Assembly (NCBI RefSeq): GCF_006345805.1
Contig: NW_021832406.1
Location: forward strand, 1-61,254
DNA length: 61,254 nucleotides
Direction: 5' to 3'
Source: Octopus sinensis
Lineage: Eukaryota
Made by a program: the position numbers and the translations under genes. This document shows positions 13,062 through 27,839 of this stretch, in pieces. Positions within the stretch are counted from its first letter, which is position 1. Every line of letters starts with the position of its first letter. Below the pieces are notes generated by a model. That model did no database searches. It saw nothing but the letters and a program-made list of their open reading frames with translations, and was not told the DNA's origin.

Positions 13062-13063
<2 letters not shown>
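12699..13063. repeat. inverted duplication (~133-bp arms) containing family M SINE 3' ends
   Basis: 12699-12831 is the reverse complement of 12931-13063 with few mismatches. Confidence 0.9.
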
Positions 13064-13127
<64 letters not shown>

Positions 13128-13175
13128 CACGCACATATATATTATGTATAAAAATTGTAAATATCATTACAATAC

Positions 13176-13817
13176 AATAGTATTATTTTCCAGCGAAATA
13201 AAGCACCGTAGAAGTAGAATTATAAATAGGAAATAGTGGCACAACAAAGTACCAATTTTTGCTGGAAATAGCAGTCAATAACCGTACGGCGCTAAATATG
13301 CTTCACTGAATGTATAGAAGCAAAGATGTGTGCGGGTGCTGAACATTTCGTCTTACCTCTAAGAAGAACGCTAGAGAAATGGACAACCTAGTCTCGTGTT
13401 TCGGATTTTTCAGAGTACGTTTGTTATCGTAAAACTGATTGTTTTTTCGCCGGCTAGGTCTACCGGAAGGCTAAATTTAAAATATCCGCTACATCAATGA
13501 CTTTATTCTCGGCCAATAGCCCCAGCCATGAGCAACAGTATTTTTTCCAGCGAAATAAAGCACCGTAAAGGTAGAATTAAGTCTTCCGGTAGACCAATCA
13601 GCTTTACGATACCAAGCATATTCTGAAAAGTCCCAAACTCGAGTACAAGGTTGTCCTATTTTCTGGCGTTCTTTCTAGAGGTAAGACGAAACTGTTTTAT
13701 GTTCGACACCCGCACACGTCTTTGGCATCTATGCGTTCAGTGAGGCTTTGTATAGCGTCGTACGGTTATCGACTGCTATTTCCAGCAAAAATTAGTACCT
13801 TGTTGTGCTCCTATTTC
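13176..13817. repeat. foldback element: ~240-bp inverted arms plus a ~45-bp direct repeat
   Basis: 13228-13470 and 13581-13817 are inverted (GCTGGAAATAGCAGTC / GACTGCTATTTCCAGC). TTTTCCAGCGAAATAAAGCACCGTA is repeated at about 13186 and 13543. Confidence 0.85.
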
Positions 13818-13972
13818 ATTTTTTTTTTTTACATATTAAAGCAACTTTCCTTTTATTCAAAGTTTTTTCATAGCGTCTATTGCTATTTAAAGCCGATGAG
13901 AATGCATCGTAGGTCTTTGCTCCGCATTCGCAATTTCGAGTACTATAATGACAACTTACTGTTTGTTCTAAA

Positions 13973-14095
<123 letters not shown>

Positions 14096-14168
14096 TATAT
14101 GTATGTATGCATGTATAAATGTATGTATATATTTATATATATTATGTATATATATGCATATATGCATA

Positions 14169-14246
<78 letters not shown>

Positions 14247-14393
14247 GGTATGTATGTATGTATGTATGTATGTGTGTATGTATGTATGTATGTATGTAAG
14301 TCTGCATCTAAGCATGTATATATATATTTAAAATATACGTAATTTATGGAATGAAACACGTGTTTCTTTTCCCAATTACAAGACACCACCTGC

Positions 14394-14580
14394 AGTGGAG
14401 GCGCAATGGCCCAGTAGTTGGGGCAGCCGACTCGCGGTCGTAAGAACGCGGTTTCGATTCCCAGATCGCACATTGTGAGTGTTTATTGAGCAAAAACATC
14501 GAAGGTCCACGAGACCCCGGCGGTGGAGGGGTGAACCCCGCTGTACTCTTTCATCACAACTTTCTCTCACTCTTTCTTCC
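14394..14580 (+). mobile_element. SINE family B
   Basis: GTGGAGGCGCAATGGCCCAGT..GACTCGCGGTCG..GGTTTCGATTCCC tRNA-like head. Confidence 0.85.
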
Positions 14581-14955
14581 TACTTCTGCCACAAAGCAGA
14601 GGAACCACGGTGTAACCCACTATGGTGTGGTAAACTTTCAGACCCTAGTTTAGATTGCGAATCCTCTGTATCCCACGATGGTTCAGCTCTCCGTTAAAAG
14701 CCACCGTTTACGGAATGAGGATAACAACGCTCGTGCAACCGCCAGTGTATCTCGTGTGGTGAGTGGATCTTCAAGTTGCCACACGCATTCTTAGTAACTT
14801 AGAGTAGGCTCGAATTAGAGATTATTCTTTGTGGCTAATGGTGTGAGTCTTGATTGGAGGAAGAAGACGAAGAAGAAGAAGAAGAAGAAGAAGAAGAAGA
14901 AGAAGAAGAAGAAGAAGAAGAAGAAGAATTTGAACTCAGAACCTAAAGACAAGGC

Positions 14956-15018
<63 letters not shown>

Positions 15019-15044
15019 AAGAGGAAGAAAAAGAATAAGAATAA

Positions 15045-15175
15045 GAAGAATTATCACTTACGTGGAAGCATATAGCTGATGTCTTGGTGGAAGAGCTATA
15101 CAACTACCTGGAAAGTAACAATCTACTTTCAGAAGAACGGAAAAGGAAGCCGCAAAAATTGGTACTAGCGATTCT
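15045..15175 (+). mobile_element. R4/Dong-type non-LTR RT fragment
   Basis: WKHIADVLVEELYNYLESNNLLSEE.K..RK resembles the WKLLT..EEIY.HLE.NNLL.EEQKG motif. It lies next to (TAA)n/(GAA)n. Confidence 0.6.
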
Positions 15176-15199
15176 TCCTACTCAATAGGCTGGGGTAAG

Positions 15200-15420
15200 A
15201 TGGCGACGTGGCAGAATTCGTAGCACATCAGGCAAAATGCTTAGCAGCATTTCGCTCGTCTTTACGCTCTGTGTTAAAAATACCTTGAGATCGACTTTAT
15301 CTTTCTTCATCTAGGGGTCAATAAAGTAAGTACCAAATAAGCACTGGGGTCGACGTAATCGACGTAACCCATCCTCCTCGAATGTGCTGGCCTTGTACCA
15401 AAATTTGAAACCAGTAATAA
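15200..15420 (+). mobile_element. SINE family M, degenerate
   Basis: GGCAGAATTCGTAGCAC..GGCAAAATGCTTAGC..GGGGTCAATAAAGTAAGTACC..GGGGTCGACGTAATCGAC. Confidence 0.75.
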
Positions 15421-15689
15421 GCTTTGTAAATGGTACTGTACACTCAAATACAAGCAATATACATACACCTCTCTCACTTACCTTTCCTTCTCTTCCTTGT
15501 ACCATTCCTTCAGTGTTCTGCTTGGTTTATAACTAGAAATGATTGATAAAAGTAGCGTTAATTCTCTAGGGTATTCGAATTTTCTCAACCGATCAATGGA
15601 CCGATTAAGTAAACCAATCTATACCGAAAGTATGACTTCAGGAAGCAACTGTAAGTCAAATTTACTACATTTAAAAGTGTACATTTAAA

Positions 15690-16370
15690 AGGGCGAAGGG
15701 CTGCGTCTTCGCAGTAAATTTTGAAAAAAATTAGGATGTATAAACAAGAGGTACATAGTTGATCGAATTTTATCCCTAATTTGTGGTTATAGAACCTAGC
15801 TGTTCTTTCTAGCGTGTTGAATCCCAAGAGTGAATTCTTTATGTGTTTAAATGTACACTGTATTTTATGAGTAATATATAGTCTTTGGACTAAATTTTTA
15901 CACGTTAGGCCACTGGAAGTGAAAATTTCTATTTTTGGATAATTTTCGGATTTTAAAAGTTGGCATTATTTTATTGCTGGCAAAGGGCTTCATCTGCGCA
16001 GTAGATTTTGAAAGAATTAGGATGTATAAAAAAGAGGCATATAGTTGATCGCCTCGTGTTTATATATTTAATCTAAGGTGCACCTGTTGAGAAAGATTTC
16101 ACCTAGCGAGTAAATATTTATTTGCTAAACTAAAATCAGAAACCAATTGGTCCAGGAAACTAGATGGTAAAATGTTTTTATTTTTTCATTTCGTTCCTTT
16201 AGAGATTTTATCCCTAATTTTGTGGTTATAGAACCTAGCTGTTCTTTCTAGCGTGCTGAATCCCACGAGTGGATTCCTCATGTGTTTAAATGTACACTGT
16301 ATTTTATGAGTAATACATAGTCTTTGGACTAAATTTTTACACGTTAGGCCACTGGAAGTGAACATTTCTA
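15690..16370. repeat. imperfect tandem duplication (~240 bp shared; second copy has ~135 bp extra)
   Basis: ATTTTATCCCTAATTT..GGCCACTGGAAGTGAA.ATTTCTA at about 15767-15930 and 16206-16370. TTAGGATGTATAAA..ATAGTTGATCG at about 15731 and 16017. Confidence 0.9.
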
Positions 16371-16415
16371 TTAATTTCCATTTCCCTTTGATATGATTAA
16401 GTATTTATACATATT

Positions 16416-16447
<32 letters not shown>

Positions 16448-16530
16448 CACATACATAAGCATAAACACGCACACACACACACTCAGAGTCACGCACGCGC
16501 ATACACACACACTCACACACACACACACAT

Positions 16531-16581
<51 letters not shown>

Positions 16582-17082
16582 ACACACACACACACATGTT
16601 CAGAGCTTGTTTTCATGATTTTCTTTTCTTTTTCTGTTTACTCGTTTTATAGTTTTAGTGTATTTTTTATACATTAAATCCTTTTTCCCTGTTTCACATA
16701 CAAGAATTTCGCCTATTAATTCTCTTATTTTCTTTCGTTCTTTTTTCTTTCCTTCTTTCTTTCTTTTTTATTTGCTTTCTTTGTTCATTTATATATTTGT
16801 TTCCTTTGACACTCACTGACACCAAACACATTCTTCCTTTAAATCATTTTATACCAAGCCAACTGTTTCTTCCCTTGCATTGTGACAGAAATGGAACCAA
16901 ATTTATCACTAAAATGCCACCAAGAAGCCTGACTGGACAATCCAGGTCGAGAATCACACAGCTGTTGGGTGGCCATCTTGCCAAGCACACGCTAGCTAGT
17001 CACGTCACATGAGCAATTAGTGATGTGTGAGTGCGTGCATATAGACACATTCACACATACACACACACATATATATATATAT

Positions 17083-17146
<64 letters not shown>

Positions 17147-17159
17147 ACATGCATATACG

Positions 17160-17231
<72 letters not shown>

Positions 17232-18035
17232 ATGTATGTATGTATATATGTATGTATGTATTTAATTAGAGAGGTAGAGACAGGAAGCTGGTAGAGTTAA
17301 AAATATCTTAGCGTACGAGTCGTTCCAATTCAAATAAATTATCCGCCATTTCTTTCCTTCTTCTATCCTTACTCTGTGAGGTTTCCTTATCAATTTTGTT
17401 GCTGTTCTTGTTGTCTTTATTTTGTTAGTATTATTACAGTTATAGTAGTCGTTATTGAGTTCTCTCTCCTATCTCTCTTCACCGTTTCTCTTTTCTTTAT
17501 GATCCGATATTCTTCATTTTTATATTGAGATTTTCCTACATCTACGGATGACTTATTTTTTAAAATTATTTATTTTGTTTTCATGTTGTTTCAACTTTCA
17601 GTTATTCTTTCTATGCACATCTATACACAACTATGCACGCCTAAACGTTCTCTTTCTTCCCACGTTACTCTCAACTCTGAGTTCACGCATTTTCTTACTC
17701 CTCTTTTTCTTGCTCTCCATCATCCTCTCACTATCAATTTAACTATTAATTTAACTATCTATCTATCCATTCATCTATTTATCTACCAATCTTTTTTATA
17801 TATCTACCCACAGGATCGTCTTCACACTCGCACACGCACACAAACACGCACACATACGCATATACGTATATATATATATATATTATATATATTATATATA
17901 TATATTATATATATATATATGCATGCATGTATCTATCTATGTATATATCTATATATGTGCGTATATATATACATATACATACATATATATGTATATATAT
18001 ATATATATAATATATATATATATGTATATATATAT

Positions 18036-18067
<32 letters not shown>

Positions 18068-18080
18068 CATATATATATGT

Positions 18081-18124
<44 letters not shown>

Positions 18125-18770
18125 TATATATATAATATATATATACATACATACACATACGCTCAAATATGAGGTGGAGTAAATGTATGTGAAATATGAT
18201 ACTAAATGATGTGCAAACGGTAAGTTAAGAGAAAATAAATCATGACATTCATATTAGAATAAATATATCTCTTGATAATCGTATCTCTATATTCTTCTCT
18301 TTCGCCATCACCATTCTTCTTCTCCCTCCTCTCTCCTCCTATCTTCCTCTTCGTTGTTCTTTATTTCTGTCTCTATATTTCCGATATCATCTGTTTAAAG
18401 CCACACTTTATCTGTTACTATTTCCCATATTCTGTGTTTCGTCCATACTTTTCCTCATCTGCCTCTGTGTGAGTATGTATATATGCATAGGTACATACAT
18501 ACATGCATACATACATACACACACACAGATACACACACACATATGTACATATATGCATACACATATATATACATCCTCTGTGAAACCAACATTCTCCCTT
18601 CCTCTCTCTTTCAGCCTCTCCCATTCTCACTCGCTCATCGACGTATCTGGTTATTAATCAATTTATCTTTCATCTCATCATTATTTGACTCTTCACTGAC
18701 TCCCGCTTTTCATTCTTTCCATTCTATTCTTTCTTTCGGTTCGTTCCCTTAAACATGTAGTATTTGTTTT

Positions 18771-18806
<36 letters not shown>

Positions 18807-20221
18807 TCATTTATTCACCCATTGATTCATTCAGTTCTTTATTTTTGGTTGTGTTTTCTCCGTAACTGTTACATTGACTCTACCGTTCTGACTGTTTTTT
18901 ACCCCTAGATCAGCTCTGAAAAAGCAGCTGTATGTTCCACAACCATTCCAGCTTTGGCCATCATGTCCACAATACCAAACATATTTTCTTTGATATAGTG
19001 GATTAGTTGGAATGTGTGTTAAATTTAGCTTCTGTTTTTGGTAGGTAAAGTTTCTCTCATTCACTCCTATACATCTATCGTACGTCTATATATTTTACTT
19101 TCTATCCCTCCGTTACTCTCTTGCTCTCTCTTCTTGCTTTCATCGCTTTCTCTCTCTTTCTTCACTCTTCACTCTTTCTAGTCCTCAAGGCCTCCTTGAC
19201 TGGATTACCTCCCGCTCCCCTTATACCGAATCGCATTACCCCCAACCCTACAATCATCACCACATCTATCTTTCAGTCAATCTCCCCTATGGTTTCTCCG
19301 AACTCTGGTATTGTTTCTGTTTTTTCCTTTCAGCCCTTTCACTGTACAAACCTTTGTCAACACCTTCTATCTAAGTCAAAGCGGAACTTTTAAACAACAA
19401 TATATAACAGTCAAACACTACACACTTCCACCTCCGCGTGTCGTATTTGTTTACAATCGATGATCTTCTTTCTCCCACTTAGCAACCTACTCCAACAACA
19501 AATACTTAAAACATCAAAGCTATAGATATTTGCTGAATATTTTTTGAAAAATCTGAACATTTTTTCAATTCAGTATGGGAGGAGAAGAATGTTACATAAA
19601 ATTGAAAGACGTGTGTAACGACCTATCGTTTCATTACTATTGCATTTGATTTCTAGTCTACTCCACTGGTGATATTATTATTTGTGTAGAAAAATCAAAA
19701 CACTTAATACAATCTCATAAACTGGGGTTCTTTAACAGGTAGCTAAATGTTGCTTTTGGTTCTAAAATTAGTAGGAAAACGATACAAACGAAGGGACCCC
19801 CACATAAACGTATTCGAAGGCAGGGCATGGAAATATTTTGATGGGGTGTGGATTACTACTGGATAAAATTTGCATACCATGCATGTCATCTAAAACCCAT
19901 ATCGCTGAGATGCGAGCCATAGATTCTACATCATTGCCCTAATGGTTGAAATGTCTTTGCTTACAGACCTCTCAATTTCAGACGTCAAATGAAATTAAAC
20001 AACAATAATAGCAAACTGAAAAATCATTAATAAATATCCGATTACTGATGCTGTTCACAATATTCGCTAAAAATCATGCGAAATAACCCTGCGACGAACT
20101 AGCTTTCAGTTGGTGGGGTGTCGGTCTGTTTTCCTGGTCATCTGAGTGGTATCATTGGAAAGCAAAAACTCTGCGAAGTGCATTGTGACCAGCGATATAT
20201 AACAACATTCAATAGTCTAGT

Positions 20222-20468
20222 CTAGTGGTTCTCAACCATTTTAAAAAACTTATGGACCCCTTTGATTCCTATTTTACTCTACAGGACTTTTATAGCCATT
20301 CGATGTATATAAAATGCATCTTACTGTATTCTTAAAATTAAAAATTAAGAATTGTATTTAAAAAATTTAAATATTTTATGTATTGTAGAAGTATCAGTAA
20401 TTTATAGATAATCAATTTAACAATGTGGACACCCAAGGACCGTATGGAGCTCGTTTGAAAATCACTGG
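20222..20468. mobile_element. hAT/Charlie-like MITE inserted in a family B SINE tail
   Basis: TIR-like TAGTGGTTCTCAACC ... GTTTGAAAATCACTG. The flanks GTGACCAGCGAT..AACAACAT and GTCGATCACGTGATCACGTG rejoin as the SINE tail. Confidence 0.6.
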
Positions 20469-21903
20469 TTTTGTCGATCACGTGATCACGTGAATGTTAT
20501 AACGCTTTTAAAAAATGGAATATCAAAATGTGCGTTGTTTATGCCTCTATAAATATTGACATTTTAAATAAAAAATAAAACGTAGCTTATCAATAAGTAC
20601 AACTGATATGCAATGGATACTCTTAAAATTTATCGCATGTCGCCAGCAATAACTGATATGTGAACCTCGCTTCTCTCCTGGTACTTGAAATACCATGCCT
20701 TGAAAACTATATATGGGAATTGAAACGGGATTAGGTGACCTTTATACTTTACCAAAAGCATTAAGTAGCATTAACAGAGAATCGTTACCGCCTTCCAGAC
20801 GTGTTTTCCGCTGGCTTATAACTTCAGCTTTCTGGTGCCAAATGACTGAATAAAAAAAATAATAATTTGGATGTTCGATATCAATTAAATATTTATTCTA
20901 ATGTTTATTTTATTTTGAAATTTCCTCTGTTCATTTATTTATTGTTTAATAATCTCATCATCTATTTGGTTGGTTGGTTGGTTGGTTGGTTGGCTGTTTA
21001 TATAATTTTTTTGTGGCTGCTATGGTTGTTAGCGTTCTTGCTGCTGCTGTTCTTAAATGATCGTCTAACGAAATGTAAACCGAGTGACGAAAAACACAAA
21101 GACAATATTCAGTGAATCTTGCGCTGATGGATAACGTATTTGTAAGTCGACCGCCTTTTGATGAATCGTATGGCAAAAATCGCAAACACACAACAACATC
21201 AATAACAAAAAAACAAAAATAAATTTACAAAAGCAAACAGCCAAATATTTATCATCAGCTCATCTAAAGACAAATACTCACAGGAACTTAACTTCACCAG
21301 TATGTCTGGAGAATTCCACCGCCAACCCCAACCGCCGCGTAATAAAAAAATAATAAAAGCCAAATTACACAAAACAAGATAATTTCGATCGAATTAAAAA
21401 TAGAAATAAAATGGCTGCAAAAAGATTTAGAAACATACAAATAAATATTTAAAATTTTCGAGATTGAAGAAGCTTTTTTCATGATTCTTTGTTAGCTTGG
21501 TGACATAATTTCTTTTATATAAACGCCATTATTATTATTGCTGTTGTTGTCTTCATCGTTGTCGTAGTTATCATCGTCATCATCATCATGAGCAGCAGTT
21601 TCCTCATCGACGTCGTCATCGTCATTACCGTCATTGTCAGATCAGCATCATCATTGGCGGCGTCGATGACGTTATAATAATGGAGATGATGATGATGATG
21701 AGGAGGAAATGAAAGAGGGGATCATCATCATCATCATCATGTTCATCATCTCAGTCTTTGCTTTCGTTGACTACAACCGCCACTGCCACCATCAGTGCCA
21801 CAACCACATTGACCATCACCACGACGGCCACCACCTCTACAGCAGTACCACCATCACCATCATCATTCTTCTTCTTCTTCTCCTCCTCCTTCTTCTTCTT
21901 CTT

Positions 21904-21934
<31 letters not shown>

Positions 21935-22679
21935 TCCCCTTCTTCCTCCTCCTGCTTCTTCTTCTTAATCTTATTGCTGTTATTATTATTCTATTGTCAT
22001 TGTTTTTTTTTTATTTGCATTACATCATTATTTCATCTCGAATATTCGGAAAACGCATATCGCCTTCGTAAATATTTGTCCAAAAATAACGATGCACAAA
22101 CAAAACATTTGAAATGAAAATACAGTTAAGACGGGGTAATGGCCGGGTGGGGGTTACGGCAGAAATGGAGAAATAAAAATTAATTAAAAAATTTCCTAAA
22201 CAAAAATACATTAACAACGTTAATATGAATTCTATTGCTCTGCTCCATTTTTTTTGTGGTGGTGGTGGTGTGGTGGTTGCACGGGCTTTTCTTTTTTAAT
22301 CGATTCCTTCTGTTTCATTCTCTTTTATCTTCAACGTCTTATTCTTTATTTTACTCTCACGCTTTCCCTCCTTCAGTGATTCTTGAGACTTCTCACTTTG
22401 CTAACAGCACTCTCTCTTCTTTGGCTGCTTTGTTACATTCTCTTATTTTCATTCATATATGTATGCATACATGTATGCAAATATATATGCATGTTCGTAT
22501 GTATGTATGCATGCATGAATGCATATATATATGTTTGTATTGTGCAGGTATGTATGCACGCATATTTGTATGTTTGTATGTATGCATATATGTATGTATG
22601 CACGTATGCCTGTATATATGGATGGATGCATGTATGCATATACGCATGCATGTATATATGTATGTTTGTGTGTATGTTA

Positions 22680-22730
<51 letters not shown>

Positions 22731-22957
22731 GTATTACTATTGTTTCCACCCAACGTGATTTTCCACAAGTACAGGTATTGGATTATGCAACTGTTATTCA
22801 AGCGTTGTCTCCCTTATTTTAAAATCTTCGACTTCATGGCCATCCCATCTGTCCGTCTTGGTCTGAATTTTGTAGCAGTTGGTTAGATTTATGTATTTGG
22901 TGGCAGCAGAGTGTGTTTGTTGACTGCAGTCAATATTTTTCAATTTCATATACATAC

Positions 22958-23077
<120 letters not shown>

Positions 23078-23099
23078 GTATGTACGTATGTGTGTATAA

Positions 23100-23219
23100 A
23101 AAATTTAAGTACCAGGCTCGTGATACTCGACTAAATATTTCAAGGCTGAACCCCGGCATGGCCGCATTCTAATGACTAAATCAAGGGATAAAAGATGTAC
23201 ACAGACACACAGACGCACA

Positions 23220-23251
<32 letters not shown>

Positions 23252-23520
23252 ACACACACACACACACACACATGACAAACACACATATATTATATGCATC
23301 TCTCCCCCCTCTCTCTATATAATATATATATATGTATGTGTACATACGTACACACATACAGACATACACACGTACGTATGTGTGTGTGTGTTTGTGCTTT
23401 TGTGTGTCTTTGTCCCCCAACATTGCTTAACAACTGGGGTCGACTAAGCTCTTTAAGATGTTGCCCCACCATGGCTGCAGTCCAGTGATTGAAGTAAGTA
23501 AATCACAAAACATAAAAGAT
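23100..23520. mobile_element. two oppositely oriented SINE family A tail fragments around (CA)n
   Basis: CCCCGGCATGGCCGCATTCTAATGACT at 23151 and CCCCACCATGGCTGCAGTCCAGTGATTGAA at 23464. Degenerate; orientation of the internal parts is uncertain. Confidence 0.5.
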
Positions 23521-23539
23521 ACATACACGCACACACAAG

Positions 23540-24105
23540 AACCTGAAATCAACAGTAAACTTTTTACGGAAACATTCATACTGACAGACTCTATCTCAGA
23601 AGAAAGAAAGTAAAAAGAGGTTTACGATCTTTGTGGACATTATTCGAATGCCGTGTGTTTCACCTGAGACAGAATCTGGTACATAACGGCTGTAAAATTA
23701 AATATGTCAATCAAATGCTCAAAAGCGATCGCTTGCGAATAGGTAGTATATTCCTCATGAAGTACTGATGACACTACCTGAAGAACCCAGAAGTACAAGA
23801 CTAGCCCACCTTTACAAACACTTGGAGGAGAATCATTCAGCATTCTGCAAAAAAGGTTATGTTACTTGACTTATAATCGTAATGATATTAACTGTAACTA
23901 ATATATTAACTTCTTTTGGGCCTGTGACCGTTATAACAATTCAAATCTCGAATATTGTACTTTTGCAATCCAAGAGCAGGTAGTAATTATGAAATGCTTC
24001 TTGAGCAAGACAAACAGCGAATCAATTAAACCATCGTGATGCAACCAAAATGGTGATTATGTTTCATTTCTGCGGAAGACATTGCACGTGATCATCAGCT
24101 GTAAT
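23540..24105 (+). mobile_element. decayed R4/Dong-type (RLE) LINE fragment, thumb to CCHC knuckle
   Basis: TDRLYLRRK..RGLRSLWTLFECRV, then FAIQEQ and a degenerate RLC..EDI..H..SC zinc knuckle. Confidence 0.7.
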
Positions 24106-24674
24106 AGAACTAAATAATATTTAACTTGTACTTTAAAAGACGTTCTTTAGGATAAACGTGAAATATTGAACTTCAGATAGAATAAAGTAAAATAAAGCTA
24201 GGAATAAAAGGTGCTTAGATTATGAATTTTGATTGAAGAGATGGGGCTGCGAAACAAAATGTTGCAAGGGGGTCTCTAAAAGTCACGCTACGTGCCTGTA
24301 CATACTCACACACACACACACACACACAGGTCAAATACAATGCATTGCCATTTCTATGTTAGCTATGCTAAAAGCTGCGTCTCATCAGCTGGGACTGAAA
24401 AGTCATCTTCGCTGTGCAACTCATTAACAAGCTGTCATACTCATTGTTGAGTCAACTTCTATCACACACACACACACACACACACACCAACACACACACA
24501 CACACACACATACAAGCACACGTACATGCACACATGCATACATACATATGCACGTACTTGTATGTGTGTGAGTGTTTGAAATTATCTCACTGTTTCTCTT
24601 TATTTTTATCAAGTCCATCGGAGTAACTTCTCTCTTCTAGCCCTTTCTTTTGCTAACCTCTACTCTCTCTCATA

Positions 24675-25440
<766 letters not shown>

Positions 25441-26904
25441 TTTGTCTTTCTATCTCATTGTCTATCCTTTTCTCTAAATAACTGTTTGTCTGTATGCCTG
25501 CCTGACGCATTTCCCCACACCCATCACCCTCCCTCACCCGCCCCCACACCACATAGCACACCACTATCTCACACGGAGACGTAATAAATCTTCACTCAAC
25601 ATCTCAACACAAATCATTCCGTCCGTCAGCTTGCGTATGACTATTGTAATACAAACCCTGTCACTAGAAAAACCGAATGCACAATAAATACACACACATA
25701 CACACACACACAGTCACACACTTACATACACACACTCACAAACACGCTCACACACACACACACACAGAAGTAAGACTCTTCTTGTGCACAGCATCATTTT
25801 GAAGAACAGCAACTAATACACAAACACACAATCACATACACACACACACACACACACACACGTAGACTGATACACACACGCAAACACACACAGACATGTA
25901 ACAGACACATGCCAACATGCACACATACACGTACGCAGACTCCGCGCACTCGCGCATCGTTTTGAAGAACAGCGGCTAATAGCTTTGGGAGGGAGCGTTA
26001 TCTGAAGGTTATCGTCATTAGCTGACCAGTGACCAACGCAACTGGGCGTTCCAAACGGAATGACGGTTGATAGTAGCTGCGGCGGCGATGGCGGCGGCGG
26101 CGGCAGTGGTGGTGGTGGTGGTGGTGGTGGTGGTGGTGATGGTGGAAGTTGTGATGCTGGTATTATAAGCTGCTGCTGCTGTTGCTGCTAGTGGTGGAGA
26201 CAAAGGTTAATGGTAGCTCTGGTGAATGGTAGCGGGGATGCACCACCCCCGTTTTTTTTTTTTTTCCGTGTAAATGGTAGGTTTCAAGTAGATAATTTTG
26301 ATAGAGAATATTAGCCCATTGGAATGTAGTTCTTACCTCATTTACTCTCTAAGACTAACTCTGTACAAACAGACGTATTTGACATAGACTGGCGTCAGGT
26401 ATTTAACCCCAGTTCGGACTTGATCGAAAATACCTATGATAAAACGTATTCCAGTATAACCATCCTGCCTTTTAGATCCAGGTAAGTTCTTTTCTAAGAA
26501 GGCAGGATGTTATTTAAGATTGGTTTAGCTGCTATTTTAGCACGATATGCTACCACATAAATATTCTTACATTGGTGAAAATGGTACCGAAATATTGTTG
26601 TAGTTGCTGCTATTGCTGTTCCACCCTAGGTGACTATAACAGAGTAAACCTATGATTAAAGGTGTCTCAGCAATGTTTTTTTTTGTATATTTAGTATATG
26701 CTTTATCCAGTGTGTCCTTCCTCTTTCAGAATGTTACGGAGAGTGTGATTGGAGTGGAGTAAGCTTCCACATCTAGCAAGTGACTGAATAGATGGTTCTC
26801 TTGTTGACTCTGTGTTGCTGTAGTTATTGTTGGTATTCTAAGCGTCAGGTCCGCCCAGCAGAGTAATATCGATTCCAGCCATAACTATTCTATTCTTTCT
26901 TTTC

Positions 26905-27160
26905 TTTTCTTTTATTCTTTTACTTGTTTCAGTCATTTGACTGCGGCCATGCTGGAGCAACGCCTTTAGTCGAGCAAATCGACCCCAGGACTTATTCTTT
27001 GTAAGCCTATTACTTATTCTATCCGTCTCTTTTGCCGAACTGCTAAGTTACGGGGACGTAAACACACCAGCATCGGTTGTCAAGCGATGTTGGCGGACAA
27101 ACAGACACGCAAACGTACACACATATATACGACAGGCTTCTTTCAGTTTCTGTCTACCAC
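26905..27160 (-). mobile_element. SINE family A, 3' part
   Basis: TTTTACTTGTTTCAGTCATTTGACTGCGGCCATGCTGGAGC..GGGGACGTAAACACACC. Confidence 0.85.
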
Positions 27161-27458
27161 TACTTACCACATAGCCAATCCTGCACCTATCCTGTGTTTT
27201 TACATTACTAGGTCTCACACAACCAAATGTGGCCTTCTCTACTTTTTGGAAACTGTTGGTGAGGGTGATTTGAAATACATTAGGCTACTGTTTCAAGCCG
27301 GGCACAACGCGCAGAGACAACCTTCGTCGGCTCGTAATGGGTTGTGACAGTCAGGAGTGATTCGTCGCATGCAGTCGTAGGAAACACTGTTTCCTCTGGT
27401 TTATTCTAATGTTCTGCATGTCAGTTTGACAGGATGCGTTTCTTTGCCACTGTCTGGA

Positions 27459-27835
27459 CCAGTTGTTCTCAACCGGGGTCACCATGACCCCTACAGCCCA
27501 TATAAGATTTTTTATGCCTCGTGCAAGCAAAATAGTAACTAATGAGCCCGTGGTTGTATTTTTGGCGTCCATGATAAAACAATCTTACTTCAGACATTTA
27601 TTTCAAGAAACTACGTTCCTTTTTTTTTCTCCGACGTTTTACATAGTTTAGTATGTTTCCAGTTACTGAAAAATGTTCTCTCAAAGAATGCTATTGCAAA
27701 ATTATGCAAGTGCATGTGTCAAAAACAAGATAAGAATGTTGAAAGAAGTTTCTTCAAAACTAGTTTTTGAATATGGGATGTGTATGAAGAATGTCTAGAA
27801 TGAAACTTCCTCTATAAATATCAGGCTCGCATCAC
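27459..27835. mobile_element. hAT/Charlie-like MITE, right end degenerate
   Basis: Starts CAGTTGTTCTCAACCGGGGTC..GACCCC, similar to the 20222 element. Confidence 0.45.
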
Positions 27836-27839
27836 TTAC

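Noticed and set aside
25935-25965. Minus-strand ATGCGCGAGTGC (MREC), as in alpha-tubulin
   Set aside because: It continues AESAYVYV into (TG)n rather than ISIHVGQAG, so it is a coincidence.
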